Positions 62,401 through 64,000 of a DNA stretch of 64,000 nucleotides are shown one piece after another. Within the stretch, counting starts at the first letter, position 1, and the number at the start of each line of letters is the position of its first letter. Made by a program: the position numbers and the translations under genes. Source of the stretch: Nemertoderma westbladi. Its lineage: Eukaryota > Animalia > Xenacoelomorpha. The DNA is taken from assembly GCA_032718475.1 (NCBI GenBank), contig JAUCBJ010007163.1, forward strand, positions 39,084-103,083. Direction: 5' to 3'. A model generated the notes under the pieces. The model was not told the DNA's origin and searched no databases. It saw only the letters and a program-made list of their open reading frames with translations.

Positions 62401-63891
62401 TGCGGTTGTGGACCCAACAGCAACATGTGTGGGTGAGTGGTACCCAGCAGCGACTGTTGTGGATGCGAGGGACCCTGCAGCGACGGTTGTGGGTGCAGGG
62501 GACCCAGCAGCGACGGTAGTGGGTGCAGGGGACCCAGCAGCGACGGTTGTGGGTGCGGGGGACCCAGCAGTGATGGTTGTGGGTGCAGGGGATCCAGCAG
62601 CGACGGTATTGGGTGCGGGGGACCCAGCAGCAACGGTTGTGGGTGCGAGAGACCCAGCAGCGACGGTTGTGGATTCAAGGGACCTAGCAGCGACGGTTGT
62701 GGCTGCGAGGGACCCAGCAGCGACGGTTGTGGGTGCAGAGGACCCAGCAGCAACGGTTGTGGGTGCGCAGGACCCAGCAGCAACGGTTGTGGGTGCGGGG
62801 GACCCAGCTGCGATGGCTGTGGATTCGAGGGACCCAGCAGCGACGGTTGTGGGTGCGGGGGACGCAGCAGCGACGGTTGTGGGTGCGGGGGACCCAGCAG
62901 TGACGGTTATTGGTGCGGGGGACCCAGCAGCGATGGCTGTGGATTCGAGGGACCCAGCAGCGACGGTTGTGGGTGCGGGGGACGCAGCAGCGACGGTTGT
63001 GGGTGTGGGGGACCCAGCAGCGATGGTTGTGGGTGCGGGGGACCCAGCGGCGACGGTAGTGGGTGCAGGGGACCCAGCAGCGACGGTTGTGGGTGCGGGG
63101 GACCCAGCAGTGATGGTTGTGGGTGCAGGGGATCCAGCAGCGACGGTAGTGGGTGCGGGGGACCCAGCAGCAACGGTTGTGGGTGCGAGAGACCCAGCAG
63201 CGACGGTTGTGGATTCAAGGGACCTAGCAGCGACGGTTGCGGCTGCGAGGGACCCAGCAGCGACGGTTGTGGGTGCAGAGGACCCAGCAGCAACGGTTGT
63301 GGGTGTGCAGGACCCAGCAGCAACGGTTGTGGGTGCGGGGGACCCAGCTGCGATGGCTGTGGATTCGAGGGACCCAGCAGCGACGGTTGTGGGTGCGGGG
63401 GACGCAGCAGCGACGGTTGTGGGTGTGAGGGACCCAGCAGCGACGGTTGTGGGTGCGCGGGACCCAGCAGCAATGGTTGTGGGTGCGGGGGACCCAGCTG
63501 CGATGGCTGTGGATTCGAGGGACCTAGCAGCGACGGTTGTGGGTGCGGGGGACGCAGCAGCGACGATTGTGGGTGCGGGGGATCCAGCAGCGACGGTTGT
63601 GGGTGCGGGGGACCCAGCAGCGACGGTTATGGGTGCCGGGGACCCAGCAGCGATGGCTGTGGATTCGAGGGACCCAGCAGCGACGGTTGTGGGTGCGGGG
63701 GAAGCAGCAGCGACGGTTGTGGGTGCGGGGGAGCCAGCAGCGACGGTTGTGAGTGCGGGGGACCCACCAGCGACGGTTATGGGTGCGGGGGACCCAGCAG
63801 CGATGGTAGTGGGTGCAGGGGACCCAGCAGCGACGGTTATGGGTGCGGGGGACCAAGCAGCAACCGTTACTGGTATTGTGTATTGCAATAG
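59404..63891 (-). CDS. CR1 ORF2 (mucin-like repeat tract, APE, RT) with no ATG before the APE domain
   Basis: LYNARSL, ITETWL, GDIN, SDH (APE); YLDFQKAFD, AQGSLLGP, LADD (RT). Preceded in frame by TGA at 63894-63892. Confidence 0.88.
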   Translation of the reverse strand, partial: LLQYTIPVTVAAWSPAPITVAAGSPAPTTIAAGSPAPITVAGGSPALTTVAAGSPAPTTVAAASPAPTTVAAGSLESTAIAAGSPAPITVAAGSPAPTTVAAGSPAPTIVAAASPAPTTVAARSLESTAIAAGSPAPTTIAAGSRAPTTVAAGSLTPTTVAAASPAPTTVAAGSLESTAIAAGSPAPTTVAAGSCTPTTVAAGSSAPTTVAAGSLAAATVAARSLESTTVAAGSLAPTTVAAGSPAPTTVAAGSPAPTTITAGSPAPTTVAAGSPAPTTVAAGSPAPTTIAAGSPTPTTVAAASPAPTTVAAGSLESTAIAAGSPAPITVTAGSPAPTTVAAASPAPTTVAAGSLESTAIAAGSPAPTTVAAGSCAPTTVAAGSSAPTTVAAGSLAATTVAARSLESTTVAAGSLAPTTVAAGSPAPNTVAAGSPAPTTITAGSPAPTTVAAGSPAPTTVAAGSPAPTTVAAGSLASTTVAAGYHSPTHVAVGSTTASNSTTAIPTLLLYNARSLLNLHRRCKLANSILIRDYNIICITETWLTPEILDSELFLTGYNLIRTERSSKFDCISTHGGVLIALQNGINYTPEYINGASDRLSSSVTACLCNINGLTYLLVCIYNPPDKSPYRLEVADFYKLLDYIITFKDHVDDVIICGDINLPSVDWESHFSTDNYEKDILYAIDKHNFKQHINFPTRGANTLDVFISLTDNTILNIEIDYNLSRQLQAVEIKSDHDPVLVILNSQCNAAKQTRQTIQSNPLLHYSFCKIDTLKATQICKSRPFDEKSYNMTDCEDLVNKWYQWLNNVIDNCVPKRTVHRASQPPWVTQKTSHKLNKLHTLQRKIASKISPTLNLQVKMERLQEEVENDILADQTKYEMQLADTRSMKHLFKYFKSLRRSCSLPPVVQYENRTASTHEDQANLFNEFFHSVFKSPRIPTSDIQPPLNDTNSESLNTTHDYDVSVDTVENILTSLDATKSRGPDNIPPSLFKSLAKVLAPSMSFLFGRLKKKNHFPVAWKHALINPQHKKGSRIKVILYRPISLLAIPGKVFERCIFIPIYEQVRSRLHDAQHGFRKSRSTITQLLTFLDNVYKGTDNGQLTVEVIYLDFQKAFDSVSHESVLRKLWIMGVRGNLWYILRSYLAGRTQSVKVGNAKSTPRSVDSGMAQGSLLGPLFFVVESNDLPEVCHVSIPFLLADDCKLLSVSHVDSIINTQLDIDRLVTWGLEAGLDFNEPKCKQIVFKGDIEARSLYSRTISRVDTEKDLGITITSNLSWTAHIKDKCSKANRTLYLIRRSSSFRLPVQSKLNLYKSMVLPILTYGSPCWFANKTDAHKLESIQRRATIWIIGNDDHTYKERLIILNILPISLYLQLSDQLTLSKIINNKYDIDWSPHLKMKQTNLRRNTRSANRPSFDLTHPLKCISKQNFWFRAPQLANQLPLQTEYFNHVGLKARLLNLFWAHFHQHYDVDITCSWKINCDCTQMNCNLRILNLNNLLT
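62440..63870 (-). repeat. Coding 30-bp minisatellite (about 48 units, TTVAAGSPAP) with a 540-bp higher-order duplication
   Basis: The block from 62521 is repeated almost exactly from 63061. Confidence 0.93.
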
Positions 63892-64000
63892 TCAATCTGA
63901 CTGTCCCTCATCCAGTTGAGTGGGGGGAATGAAGGACACGCTCAATTGGTGATCGTCATTGTCATTCTGTCGATTAGATGCGGGGCCATTCGATCTGTAA

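Larger units (their letters stand above)
58927..64000 (-). mobile_element. Near full-length CR1 LINE running off the window end, with (TAA)n tail
   Basis: Intact ORF2, 3' UTR with 24-bp repeats (about 59165-59330), AGGGGGCGACCCCT hairpin, (TAA)10 tail at 58927-58957. Confidence 0.93.

Noticed and set aside
62324-63919. Plus-strand GCGC-rich, metallothionein-like ORFs
   Set aside because: Antisense frames of the CR1 coding minisatellite.

Overview
Eukaryotic (animal, probably invertebrate) AT-rich, transposon-dense DNA with no prokaryotic features. In order it contains: a decayed RTE-like LINE; a large, lightly decayed BEL/Pao gag-pol element (about 0.9-28 kb) carrying an intact young Mag-type Gypsy element (1117-6128, 5-bp TSD) and two copies of a 2A/PHD-bearing CR1-group LINE; a minus-strand Proto2/RTEX-like LINE; three satellites (61, 14 and 30 bp), the 30-bp array split by an RTEX-like LINE; a nest of CRE fragment > hAT MITE > foldback element; Penelope and CR1 fragments; further MITEs; and a nearly complete minus-strand CR1 with a mucin-like N-terminus. 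Two short signal-peptide exons (29.2-29.35 kb, minus; 53.4-53.5 kb, plus) may be related Ly6/three-finger-like host genes. The most unusual structure is in the BEL element. It has no recognisable LTR pair. It carries two unrelated long non-coding modules (A before gag, B after pol), each tandemly duplicated, each showing conserved stems with some compensatory changes, and each copy ending at an ATG. This suggests duplicated IRES-like leaders in a dicistronic retroelement, which is an inference. Identity figures are by eye, not computed.
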